Of a DNA stretch of 25,294 bases, positions 17,748-25,294 are shown in pieces. Each line of letters begins with the position of its first letter. Position 1 is the stretch's first letter. Origin of the DNA: Candidatus Heimdallarchaeota archaeon (GTDB lineage Archaea > Asgardarchaeota > Heimdallarchaeia > Heimdallarchaeales > Heimdallarchaeaceae); the NCBI GenBank assembly GCA_030668825.1, contig DAOVET010000034.1:1-25294 (forward strand), read 5' to 3'. The position numbers and the translations under genes were made by a program. The notes below the pieces were generated by a model. It saw only the letters and a list, made by a program, of their open reading frames with translations, made no database searches and was not told the DNA's origin.

Positions 17748-17871
17748 TGCAGAACTTCCACGACGGATCAATTGGATGATGACATATCGGACAACGATTT
17801 TCTTCCACATTAACAGTAGTTCCTTTTAAGGCTTTATTCACCCTAAAGATTTTTCCAGGAAGTTTATGCAT
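17716..17871 (-). CDS. 51-aa zinc-ribbon protein missed by the ORF track
   Basis: Manual translation MHKLPGKIFRVNKALKGTTVNVEENRCPICHHPIDPSWKFCKNCGFKLHSD; classic CPxC-x9-FCxxCG ribbon. Confidence 0.8.
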   Translation of the reverse strand: MHKLPGKIFRVNKALKGTTVNVEENRCPICHHPIDPSWKFCKNCGFKLHSD

Positions 17872-17973
17872 ACTTATATTATTTTATTTCCGAATTATAA
17901 GTTTTGAGCCCAATTTAGTAAATTCATTGAGATAAAATTATAAGTGGAGAATTTCACTAACTTCTGAAATTAC

Positions 17974-18852
17974 ATGCAAGTCAAATTAACTAACATAGTT
18001 GACAATACAACTCAAGATAATAGTGATTTTATCCCCTCTGATGGTTTATCTTACTTGTTTGAGTTTGAGGACAAGAAAATTCTGTTTGACGCAGGAGACC
18101 AGGGCATGGTACTTCGTCATAATATGCAATTATTAGATATTGATCCTAAATCCATTGATACACTAGTTTTAAGTCATGGTCATTGGGATCATACTTTTGG
18201 TATTGAAGCATTAATAAACTCGAGAGGAGATGCACCTGTCCTTGAGATAATTGCTCACCCTCATGCTTTCAAAGAGAGAAGAGTAGCTAAATTTGTTTTG
18301 AGAATTCTCGCTCTTCTAAAATATAAGATATATAATTTCGGTTTTCCTATACTGTCCAAAGAAATTAGAGAAAAAATTTCCTTAACCCCGGTGACTGAAC
18401 CATTTGAGTTAACTCCTTCCTTAACCACAATAGGTGAAATTTCTGAATGGAAAGAAAAACCTAGTAAAATTGATAAGCTTACCATAAAAATAGATAAGAA
18501 ATTTGTTAATGATGAGCTTCTAGATGATCTTTCTCTGATTTTAAAAACAAAAGAAGGTATTGTGTTGATTCTTGGTTGCGGTCATGCTGGGGTTCTTAAT
18601 ATCTGCTCACGAGCTACGGAAATCTACCCAAATGAAGACATTAAGATGATAATTGGTGGAACTCACTTGGTAGCACTTGCAGAAGAAGAATTAGAATATG
18701 TAGCTAAGAAACTTGAAAAAGAACATAAAAAACCTATGCTCTATTTTAGTCACTGTACAGGCAAAAAAGCAATAAAATTTATGACTAATTATTTTGGTAA
18801 AGAAATAGTGAATTCTTTCAAAGTTGGAGATACTTTAAGTTTTGAATGTTAA
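17974..18852 (+). CDS. MBL-fold metallohydrolase (COG1237-like)
   Basis: GLSYL...ILFDAG, LSHGHWDHTFG, LGCGHAG, IGGTHL and HCTG. Confidence 0.9.
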   Translation: MQVKLTNIVDNTTQDNSDFIPSDGLSYLFEFEDKKILFDAGDQGMVLRHNMQLLDIDPKSIDTLVLSHGHWDHTFGIEALINSRGDAPVLEIIAHPHAFKERRVAKFVLRILALLKYKIYNFGFPILSKEIREKISLTPVTEPFELTPSLTTIGEISEWKEKPSKIDKLTIKIDKKFVNDELLDDLSLILKTKEGIVLILGCGHAGVLNICSRATEIYPNEDIKMIIGGTHLVALAEEELEYVAKKLEKEHKKPMLYFSHCTGKKAIKFMTNYFGKEIVNSFKVGDTLSFEC

Positions 18853-18958
18853 AAAAATTTGAGAAAATTAAGAGAAGGAAAGAAAAAGTCAAATCATTAT
18901 CCTCTATTGTAGAGCAAACTTTTTTATCCTTCTAAATTAGAAATAGTTTGACAATCAG

Positions 18959-19594
18959 ATGAATTTTGCAGATAATTGTAAGGAAGCAATCCTTAATGGA
19001 GATATAGGATTAACAGAAAAACTTGCAAACAAAGCAATATCAGAAAATATTGATATCAATCTTGCAATAGACGCTTTTTCTTTAGCAATACGTGAAGCAG
19101 GCGATTTGTTTGAAGAAGGGGAATTCTTCTTACCAGAATTAATGCGAAGCGCTGAAGCCATGAAAGCAGCAATGACTATCTTTGAACCTATTCTCAAGGA
19201 AGGAAAGGATGATAGAATACTTGGTAAGGTAGTTATTGGGACAATTGAAGGAGATATTCATGATATAGGAAAAACACTTGTTGCAGCATTGCTTTCTGCT
19301 GAAGGATTCGAAGTTCATGATCTTGGAGCTGATGTTCCAATAAGCGCATTCATCGATAAAGCTGTAGAAGTTGATGCGCAAATTATCTGTATCTCGGCAT
19401 TATTAACAACTACCATGGTTGGTCAAAAGAAATTAATTAATCAGCTGAAGGAAAAGAAACTCCGAGATAAGTTTAAAATTCTTATTGGAGGAGCTCCCAT
19501 ATCCAAAAAATGGGTTAAGGAAATTGGAGCAGATGGATCTGCTGAAAATGCTGTCAGTTCTGTTAAATTAGCAAGAGAAGTATTAGGTATTTAG
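18959..19594 (+). CDS. Corrinoid protein (MttC/MtbC-like; cap + B12-binding domain)
   Basis: FEEGEFFLPELM cap, GTIEGDIHDIGK (DxHxxG), SALLTTTM and IGGAP. Confidence 0.93.
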   Translation: MNFADNCKEAILNGDIGLTEKLANKAISENIDINLAIDAFSLAIREAGDLFEEGEFFLPELMRSAEAMKAAMTIFEPILKEGKDDRILGKVVIGTIEGDIHDIGKTLVAALLSAEGFEVHDLGADVPISAFIDKAVEVDAQIICISALLTTTMVGQKKLINQLKEKKLRDKFKILIGGAPISKKWVKEIGADGSAENAVSSVKLAREVLGI

Positions 19595-19605
19595 GAGGTT
19601 TTCCT

Positions 19606-20493
19606 CTGAATCATAAAAAATCCATTCTGGAATTAATTAAAGAACGAGTAGTCATTTTAGATGGTGCAATGGGTTCCATGCTTATTGATCAAGGTCTAGA
19701 ACCTGGAACACCACCTGAAAAATGGAATGCTTCTCATCCAGAAAAAATTCAGAAAATCCATTTGGATTATTTCAATGCTGGTTCTGATGCGGTTCTTACA
19801 AATACTTTTGGTGGTTCTAGAATGAAGTTAACCGCACACAAACAAGGTCATAGTACTGAGAAATATAATCAAAAAGCAGTAAAACTTGCAAGAGAAATCT
19901 GTCCTGAAAACCGTTTCATTGCAGGGGACATTGGTCCTTCTGGAGCATTTCTCCCGCCAGTAGGTACTGTAAGTGTTAGCGATTTTGAAGAGAATTTCTT
20001 AGAACAAGCTGGGTACTTAGCAGACGCTGATATAGATTTTTTCTTTATTGAAACTATGTTTGATTTGAAAGAAGCTGAAACAGCTGTTAAAGCTGCAAGA
20101 AGTGTCTCTAAAATACCCGTTTTTGCATCTATCACATTTCAAAAAACCAAAAGAGGATATTTTACAATAATGGGAGATACAGTGTTGAATTGTGTAAAAA
20201 CACTAGAGAAAGCTGGAGCCAATGTCATTGGTGCAAATTGTACAATAGGTAGTGATGAGATGATTGATCTCATTCCTTTGATTTCTCAAGAAACAAATCT
20301 CCCTATTTTAGCAAAACCAAATGCTGGAAAACCCCAGTTGGAGAATGGTAAAACAGTTTATCTAACAGAACCTAAACCTTTTGCAAAAGATATTGAGCAG
20401 ATTATAAAGAATGGAGCAAGAGTAGTTGGTGGATGTTGTGGTTCAAACCCAGAGTTCATCAAAGAAATTGCTAAGCAAGTTAAAGGTGAATAA
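19606..20493 (+). CDS. Homocysteine S-methyltransferase domain protein (MetH N-terminal module), probable CTG start
   Basis: The conserved VVILDGAMG lies upstream of the ORF-track ATG. TNTFG, AGDIGP, ETM, GANC, PNAG.P and GGCCG (Zn ligands). GGAGG SD 7 nt before CTG 19606. Confidence 0.9.
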   Translation: MNHKKSILELIKERVVILDGAMGSMLIDQGLEPGTPPEKWNASHPEKIQKIHLDYFNAGSDAVLTNTFGGSRMKLTAHKQGHSTEKYNQKAVKLAREICPENRFIAGDIGPSGAFLPPVGTVSVSDFEENFLEQAGYLADADIDFFFIETMFDLKEAETAVKAARSVSKIPVFASITFQKTKRGYFTIMGDTVLNCVKTLEKAGANVIGANCTIGSDEMIDLIPLISQETNLPILAKPNAGKPQLENGKTVYLTEPKPFAKDIEQIIKNGARVVGGCCGSNPEFIKEIAKQVKGE

Positions 20494-20494
20494 A

Positions 20495-21148
20495 TTGAGA
20501 GTTCTGGAAGATTTTCAAATTAAATTGGATGACAATGAAATTCTTCGTTTATTACAGAATAAACAATCTGATAAAGAAATGAAGAAACCTTCAGAAAACG
20601 TAATAAAAGAGATTGAGGAAATGAAGGAACTTGCTCTACCCTTAATCAAACCGAGAGGGATTTACAAGATTTATGAGAGTAAAGATTTTAGACCAAAATT
20701 TCTGTTTAAGAAGTCTGATATCTCTGTATTCGCAATTTGCACAATTGGTAAAGATTTGGAAAACTTAAGTAGAGATTATCTCAAGAGAGGAGAATTGGCT
20801 AAAGGAGTCATACTGGATGCAATAGCTTCTCATGCAGCTGAACAGACAGCTGAAGAGGTAAATCAGATCATTCTAAATGAGTTAAGTGACACAATTCAAG
20901 AAAAGGAAGTCAGTTGTCGATTTAGTCCTGGCTACTGTCAGTGGGATTTAGATAAGGGTCAAAAACAGATTTTCAGTCTTCTGGATAGCGAAAAAATAGG
21001 TGTTTCTCTTACTACTTCAATGATGATGAATCCAGTAAAATCTGTCTCATTTGCAATTAATATAGGAGTAGAGGTTGACAAAGAATTAGGAATAAGGGGT
21101 TGTGAGAATTGCGATATGATTAATTGTGCGTATCGCAGAACAAAATAA
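20495..21148 (+). CDS. Stand-alone MetH activation-domain-like protein
   Basis: AICTIG..LE, LDAIASHAAE, RFSPGY..W, IGVSLT.SMMMNPVKSVS and C-terminal CENC...C. TTG 20495 follows an AGGTGA SD. Confidence 0.85.
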   Translation: MRVLEDFQIKLDDNEILRLLQNKQSDKEMKKPSENVIKEIEEMKELALPLIKPRGIYKIYESKDFRPKFLFKKSDISVFAICTIGKDLENLSRDYLKRGELAKGVILDAIASHAAEQTAEEVNQIILNELSDTIQEKEVSCRFSPGYCQWDLDKGQKQIFSLLDSEKIGVSLTTSMMMNPVKSVSFAINIGVEVDKELGIRGCENCDMINCAYRRTK

Positions 21149-21149
21149 A

Positions 21150-22673
21150 TTAATGAGAGAAAATTTCTCTTTCTTTTTTGCTTCTATAAGAATCAAGTTG
21201 AGGAGCATGTAATAATTCCCTATTTACGCTCTCATAAAGAACATTAGAATCCAGTATTGATCCAATAGATTTTATTGCATTAACTATAAATTCTGCTTTT
21301 TCAATTAGGTCTTGTTTTCTCTCTAGAACATAAGGGTCCCAAATCATCGCAGGTTGACCCTCTAAACACTTAGTAATTACTTGCTTTGCTATTTTACAGC
21401 TTTCAATAACATTCTCAGGGGTTGCAGCATGATTTGCTTCACTATAACTTACAACATGAATAATATGTGGATTAAGTTGCATCTGCAACATTGTTGATTG
21501 TGCGAGTTGCCCTTTTGCCATATCTAAATCTATAGGATAACTGAATAGTCCCGTTCTTGTTTGAGTATAAACAGTAAAATTATCATCTTGCAACGATTCA
21601 ATCATTTCTTTTTGAGCGAGCATTTTTGCCAGATCATCTCTTTGATTTGTTTGAGGTGGTGTATTAAACATATATTGTGAGATAAAATTTCTTATTCCCA
21701 ACTTTTTACAAATATATGCTCCCAAAAATCCTGCCGCTATTGCTACTTCATCCTTCGCATCTCTCAAAGACCAATGATGTGATTCAAGAATCTCAACGGG
21801 GATATCATTTTCAGCATGCCATTTTATTGCATCAAGATGAGCTTGTATTGATGATTTTAGCTCCATCGGTCCTCTTCCATCCATTTGGTTGAACCAAAAG
21901 ATAGGTATTGCAGCCCATGCATTATTTATTGTGTCAACATAAAGCTGAGCTAATTCAATCAAATCATCTGTTCCTGCATAAGCCCTCATCAAAGGGTAAT
22001 TTCCTACTCTCGAAGCTTGAAAAAGCTGTTCATAATCCTCTTTTGTCCTGACAGGAACTCCTCCAGCACCTTTACCAGAACTCATTCTTTCAGGATGGAA
22101 AAAGTGTGCTTGTGCATTTTGGTCAGTTCCTAAAGAGATAATATCAAGACATCTACTCTCAGCAATCTTTCTAATTCCCTTTATTGTTTCTTCTAAAGAA
22201 GGCAAACCAAAATGATGTCTTAAAACAGGAAAAGGATTTTTTGAATCTATTCTTTCTATAATATGTTGGGGGGGTACTAGAAACTTATCTTCTACAACAC
22301 CTCCTTTAAGATAAGCAATCGCTTGATCTGCATCATCTCCTTTAAAATAAACACTAAAAAAACCATCTTGTTTTTCGCTTTGAATTAGTTCAGGTAAACC
22401 TCCTAGGATAAATTCTCTTTCACTTAAACCTTCTTCAGTAATTCTTCTTTTCAATTGTCTTAGAATTTTTATTCCTGCTTTAGGAGTCAGTCTATAACTC
22501 AAACCTACTATGTCAGGGTTATGTTCTCTAATTGCATTAATGATTTGTTCAGTTTCTACAGCAGGTCCCAAGAAGATTGTTTCGTAACCTTGTTTTTCCG
22601 CTAATTTCAAAAATCTATGAATGCCTGCAATATGAACACAATCTCCAATGCAAGCTCCAAGTATTTTTTTCAT
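21150..22673 (-). CDS. Cobalamin-binding domain fused to a TIM-barrel-like domain (putative B12 mutase-like enzyme)
   Basis: N-terminal GDCVHIAG (DxHxxG variant), VGLSYRL and ILGG, then a ~350-aa catalytic-type domain. Confidence 0.75.
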   Translation of the reverse strand: MKKILGACIGDCVHIAGIHRFLKLAEKQGYETIFLGPAVETEQIINAIREHNPDIVGLSYRLTPKAGIKILRQLKRRITEEGLSEREFILGGLPELIQSEKQDGFFSVYFKGDDADQAIAYLKGGVVEDKFLVPPQHIIERIDSKNPFPVLRHHFGLPSLEETIKGIRKIAESRCLDIISLGTDQNAQAHFFHPERMSSGKGAGGVPVRTKEDYEQLFQASRVGNYPLMRAYAGTDDLIELAQLYVDTINNAWAAIPIFWFNQMDGRGPMELKSSIQAHLDAIKWHAENDIPVEILESHHWSLRDAKDEVAIAAGFLGAYICKKLGIRNFISQYMFNTPPQTNQRDDLAKMLAQKEMIESLQDDNFTVYTQTRTGLFSYPIDLDMAKGQLAQSTMLQMQLNPHIIHVVSYSEANHAATPENVIESCKIAKQVITKCLEGQPAMIWDPYVLERKQDLIEKAEFIVNAIKSIGSILDSNVLYESVNRELLHAPQLDSYRSKKEREIFSH

Positions 22674-22678
22674 TTATC

Positions 22679-23785
22679 TCATCCTGCTGCTGTTTTATAT
22701 TCTGTTATTGTCTCAAGTTCAGACACTTCTCTTAAATCTCCAATAATTGTGCTGGCATTAAGTCCTAACCTATTTAAATTTCTTCCTTGGCTTCTAAAAT
22801 CAACCTTCAGCTCATTTGAAGCTTTGTTTATCAAAACATCAATATAGCTTGTATCAACCCCAATAGATTTACCAAGTTCAGAAAAGGGAACAAGGCCTGT
22901 AGGAATGTCCTCTGTTAGATATCTCATATCAAAAGTTGTAGGAGCTGCTAATCCTGCATAGAAAGGATTATTGTGTAAAGCATCAAATAGATTCGAGTTT
23001 GGGAGACTATATCTTTCGCACAACCATTCTTTTAATGATTGAACTTCTACGCCAAAGCTTCTTGCGATGGTTCGTCTTTCATTGTCAACTTGTTCCATAT
23101 AGTCAACTACTTCTCTTGTAGCCCCGTCTCTGTAAAAATCAAATGTTTCTTTATTTCTTATTCTCTCTTCATTTAACAAAGTTATTGTAGGATGGAACAC
23201 TGCTCCAATGTTTCCTAAACTTGTTGTTAAGAAGTTTTTTACAGAATAAAACTGAGGATAATCTTCATTTAGCATAGAAACCACCTGAGAAGTGCGATGA
23301 TTAGGTATAACTGATAAAGAAACTGAATTCTTAACTCCCTTAACATCACTTAAACCAGGTTTTATAATCCTTGTAGCATAAATCAAAGTATTAGCTTCTG
23401 CTATAGTAACATCTGCGGTCAAACCTCCTTCTAAAAGAGCATTCATAAATTCTAAACTACCAAAAGTTCTTCCAGGATTTAGAACAATTGTTTGCTCCTC
23501 TTGAAGATGGGGAGCTAAAGCAGTAGCAATATCATAATGTCCAGTAGCTGTTGTAACGACCATAATTAATTCTGTCCCCCTCACAGCCTCTGAAATATCA
23601 GTAGTAACTAGATTTAATTTTCCCTTTGAATGTATTTCTCCTTGTAATTCAATTTCCTTCTTTTTCATAAGAAGACGAATTCTATCTATAGATCTGTTGT
23701 AGAGATTAACTTCATTTCCTTTACTTGCAAGATAACCTGCAATTGCTTGTCCTCCACATCCAGCTCCTATTATGGCAATATTCAC
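22679..23785 (-). CDS. NAD(P)-dependent opine (octopine/nopaline) dehydrogenase family protein
   Basis: IAIIGAGCGG Rossmann, LNPGRTFG, AEANTLIYA.R, NIGAVFHP, FDFY..G and RYLTEDIPTGL. GTG 23785 gives the N-terminus MNIAIIGAG. Confidence 0.9.
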   Translation of the reverse strand: MNIAIIGAGCGGQAIAGYLASKGNEVNLYNRSIDRIRLLMKKKEIELQGEIHSKGKLNLVTTDISEAVRGTELIMVVTTATGHYDIATALAPHLQEEQTIVLNPGRTFGSLEFMNALLEGGLTADVTIAEANTLIYATRIIKPGLSDVKGVKNSVSLSVIPNHRTSQVVSMLNEDYPQFYSVKNFLTTSLGNIGAVFHPTITLLNEERIRNKETFDFYRDGATREVVDYMEQVDNERRTIARSFGVEVQSLKEWLCERYSLPNSNLFDALHNNPFYAGLAAPTTFDMRYLTEDIPTGLVPFSELGKSIGVDTSYIDVLINKASNELKVDFRSQGRNLNRLGLNASTIIGDLREVSELETITEYKTAAG

Positions 23786-23904
23786 CAAATCACCCACTTT
23801 AGGGGTGATTTTATTCTACACACTATTTTTCTCGTAATAAAGTAGTTTTGATAAACTAATTCCAAGTTAGAGTTGTTTTCCACGTATTTTGTTTCTTTAT
23901 ACAT
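23782..23904 (-). CDS. Putative 40-aa leader peptide (MYKETKYVENNSNLELVYQNYFITRKIVCRIKSPLKWVIW)
   Basis: AGGTGA SD 7 nt before ATG 23904. Its TGA overlaps the downstream GTG as GTGA. Confidence 0.5.
   Translation of the reverse strand: MYKETKYVENNSNLELVYQNYFITRKIVCRIKSPLKWVIW
23787..23811 (-). promoter_or_regulatory. SD-sequestering hairpin of the opine dehydrogenase gene
   Basis: AAATCACCC-N7-GGGTGATTT, perfect 9-bp stem whose 3' arm contains the GGTGA SD. Confidence 0.6.
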
Positions 23905-24346
23905 TTTTTTTTCACCTAATTGTTTTCTAGTATTGTAGCATTGACTTAGTAAGAATCTTCCTTGAAGTTTCGCCGTTTTAAACGTTCTAAGTAAATAGAG
24001 TAGTTTTCAATATTTAATACCACAAACGAAGTCAATTTTCGTTAATGATACCACTATTCTTCATAATCGAGCATTACAGTTAGTCAATCATATAACTATT
24101 CATATCTTTAAATAGTTATTCTTTTATTATCCCATATATTAATAAGTTCTTATAATAATTATTAAGTGATAATGTGATGAATCCATAATTAATTAAAGTA
24201 AAGCATAATTAATATGTTGTTTTCAATAGTAATTACTATAAAGGAAAGCTTGAATGATGTTATTTTTCTTTGATTAATCGGAAATAATCTTTTAAACACA
24301 GCAATTTATTTCATACATAACTGATTAATTGTTTGAGTTAATTGTA

Positions 24347-25294
24347 ATGAGACCTACTATCAATATTCTTGAAGAAGAACTAAAGGAAAAAGTTGTAATA
24401 GAAGCAATGGAAATACTTGAAGAAATCGGTTTTTTTGTCGAAAATGATGAAGCAATGCAAATCCTACAAAAAGAAGGTTTAAACGTTGACAAAATTAACA
24501 GACGAGTAAAAATCCCGCCAGATCTCATCAAGAAATCATTAAAAACAGCACCCTCATCAATTCCGATCTATGACAGAGACGGTAATTTAGTGACTAAATT
24601 AGAAGGAGACAATATTTGTTTTGATCCTGGTTCAGCTGCACTTAATGTTTTAGATCCAGAAACTAATGAAATTCGATCTGCAGTTTCAAAAGATTTCGTT
24701 GATTTCACTAAGGTTGTTGATCAACTTGAACACATACATGCTCAAAGTACAGCTATAATTTGTTCGGATGTACCAGAAGAAATTGGTGACAGATATAGAC
24801 TGTTAATTTCATTGATTTACTCAAAAAAACCAGTTGTAACCGGAACATTTGCAAAAGAATCTTTTGGAGTAATGAAAGATATGTTAGTAGCTGTAAGAGG
24901 AAGCGAAGAAGAACTAAGAAGAAAACCTCTTGCAATATTTGATGCTTGCCCCTCACCACCTTTAAAATGGAGTGACTTGACTTGTCAAAGTATAATTGAT
25001 TGTGCGAAATATGGTATTCCTTCTGAATTTGTCTCTATGCCAATGACAGGTGCCAATGCACCAATTACTATACTCGGAGCTGTTGTTCAACATGCAGCAG
25101 AAACATTAGCTGGATTAGTTATAACTCAACTTGTATCACCAGGAGCTCCTGTAATATGGGGCGGATCACCTGCAGTTTTCGATCTACGAAAGGCTACCAC
25201 ACCCATGGGTTCTATTGATACCATGATTCTTGATCTCGGTTATGTTGAAATTGGTAAATATCTCAATCTACCTACTCATGCTTATCTAGGCATG
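24347..25294 (+). CDS. Trimethylamine methyltransferase (MttB) superfamily protein, 3'-truncated by the window
   Basis: Absent from the ORF track. Open for 316 codons: MRPTINIL...EILEEIG...SPPLKW...SMPMTGANAPITILGAVVQHAAETLAGLVITQLVSPGAPVIWGG...LNLPTHAYLGM. Confidence 0.92.
   Translation, partial: MRPTINILEEELKEKVVIEAMEILEEIGFFVENDEAMQILQKEGLNVDKINRRVKIPPDLIKKSLKTAPSSIPIYDRDGNLVTKLEGDNICFDPGSAALNVLDPETNEIRSAVSKDFVDFTKVVDQLEHIHAQSTAIICSDVPEEIGDRYRLLISLIYSKKPVVTGTFAKESFGVMKDMLVAVRGSEEELRRKPLAIFDACPSPPLKWSDLTCQSIIDCAKYGIPSEFVSMPMTGANAPITILGAVVQHAAETLAGLVITQLVSPGAPVIWGGSPAVFDLRKATTPMGSIDTMILDLGYVEIGKYLNLPTHAYLGM

Noticed and set aside
23940-24000. Possible riboswitch (three-way junction) upstream of the leader peptide
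   Set aside because: Helices are short with 3-nt loops, and I recognise no cobalamin, SAM or other riboswitch consensus; a covariance-model search would be needed.
1-25294. Genome-wide TAA/TAG reassignment to Gln
   Set aside because: Conserved proteins end at TAA/TAG at their expected C-termini (SDR LPW-TAA, Alba TAG, corrinoid protein TAG), and no conserved gene is interrupted by an in-frame stop.

Overview
AT-rich archaeal chromosomal window, very likely from an Asgard archaeon (eukaryote-like Lokiactin-type actin, Alba, NucS, preflagellin/prepilin peptidase, RIO kinase, A1-U72 tRNAs). Family assignments come from motif recognition, not database searches. The left half is mostly housekeeping genes. 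Four loci stand out. (1) A chimeric glutaminyl-tRNA synthetase, with an archaeal GluRS-like N-terminal domain fused to a bacterial-type GlnRS, lies upstream of three tRNA-Gln-type genes. Two are normal (UUG, CUG). The third has intact stems but a 6-nt anticodon loop (UUUAGG). (2) The actin gene overlaps an upstream AT-hook/basic coiled-coil gene, which is preceded by repeated GTC-N4-GAC palindromes and a ~119-bp tandem duplication; this layout recalls ParMRC. Unannotated zinc-ribbon micro-ORFs flank the pair. (3) A split methionine-synthase-like corrinoid module has a homocysteine-domain gene that appears to start at CTG, and a probably pyrrolysine-free MttB lies nearby. (4) An opine dehydrogenase and a fused B12-binding/TIM-barrel mutase-like gene form an operon behind a 40-aa leader ORF and an SD-sequestering hairpin.
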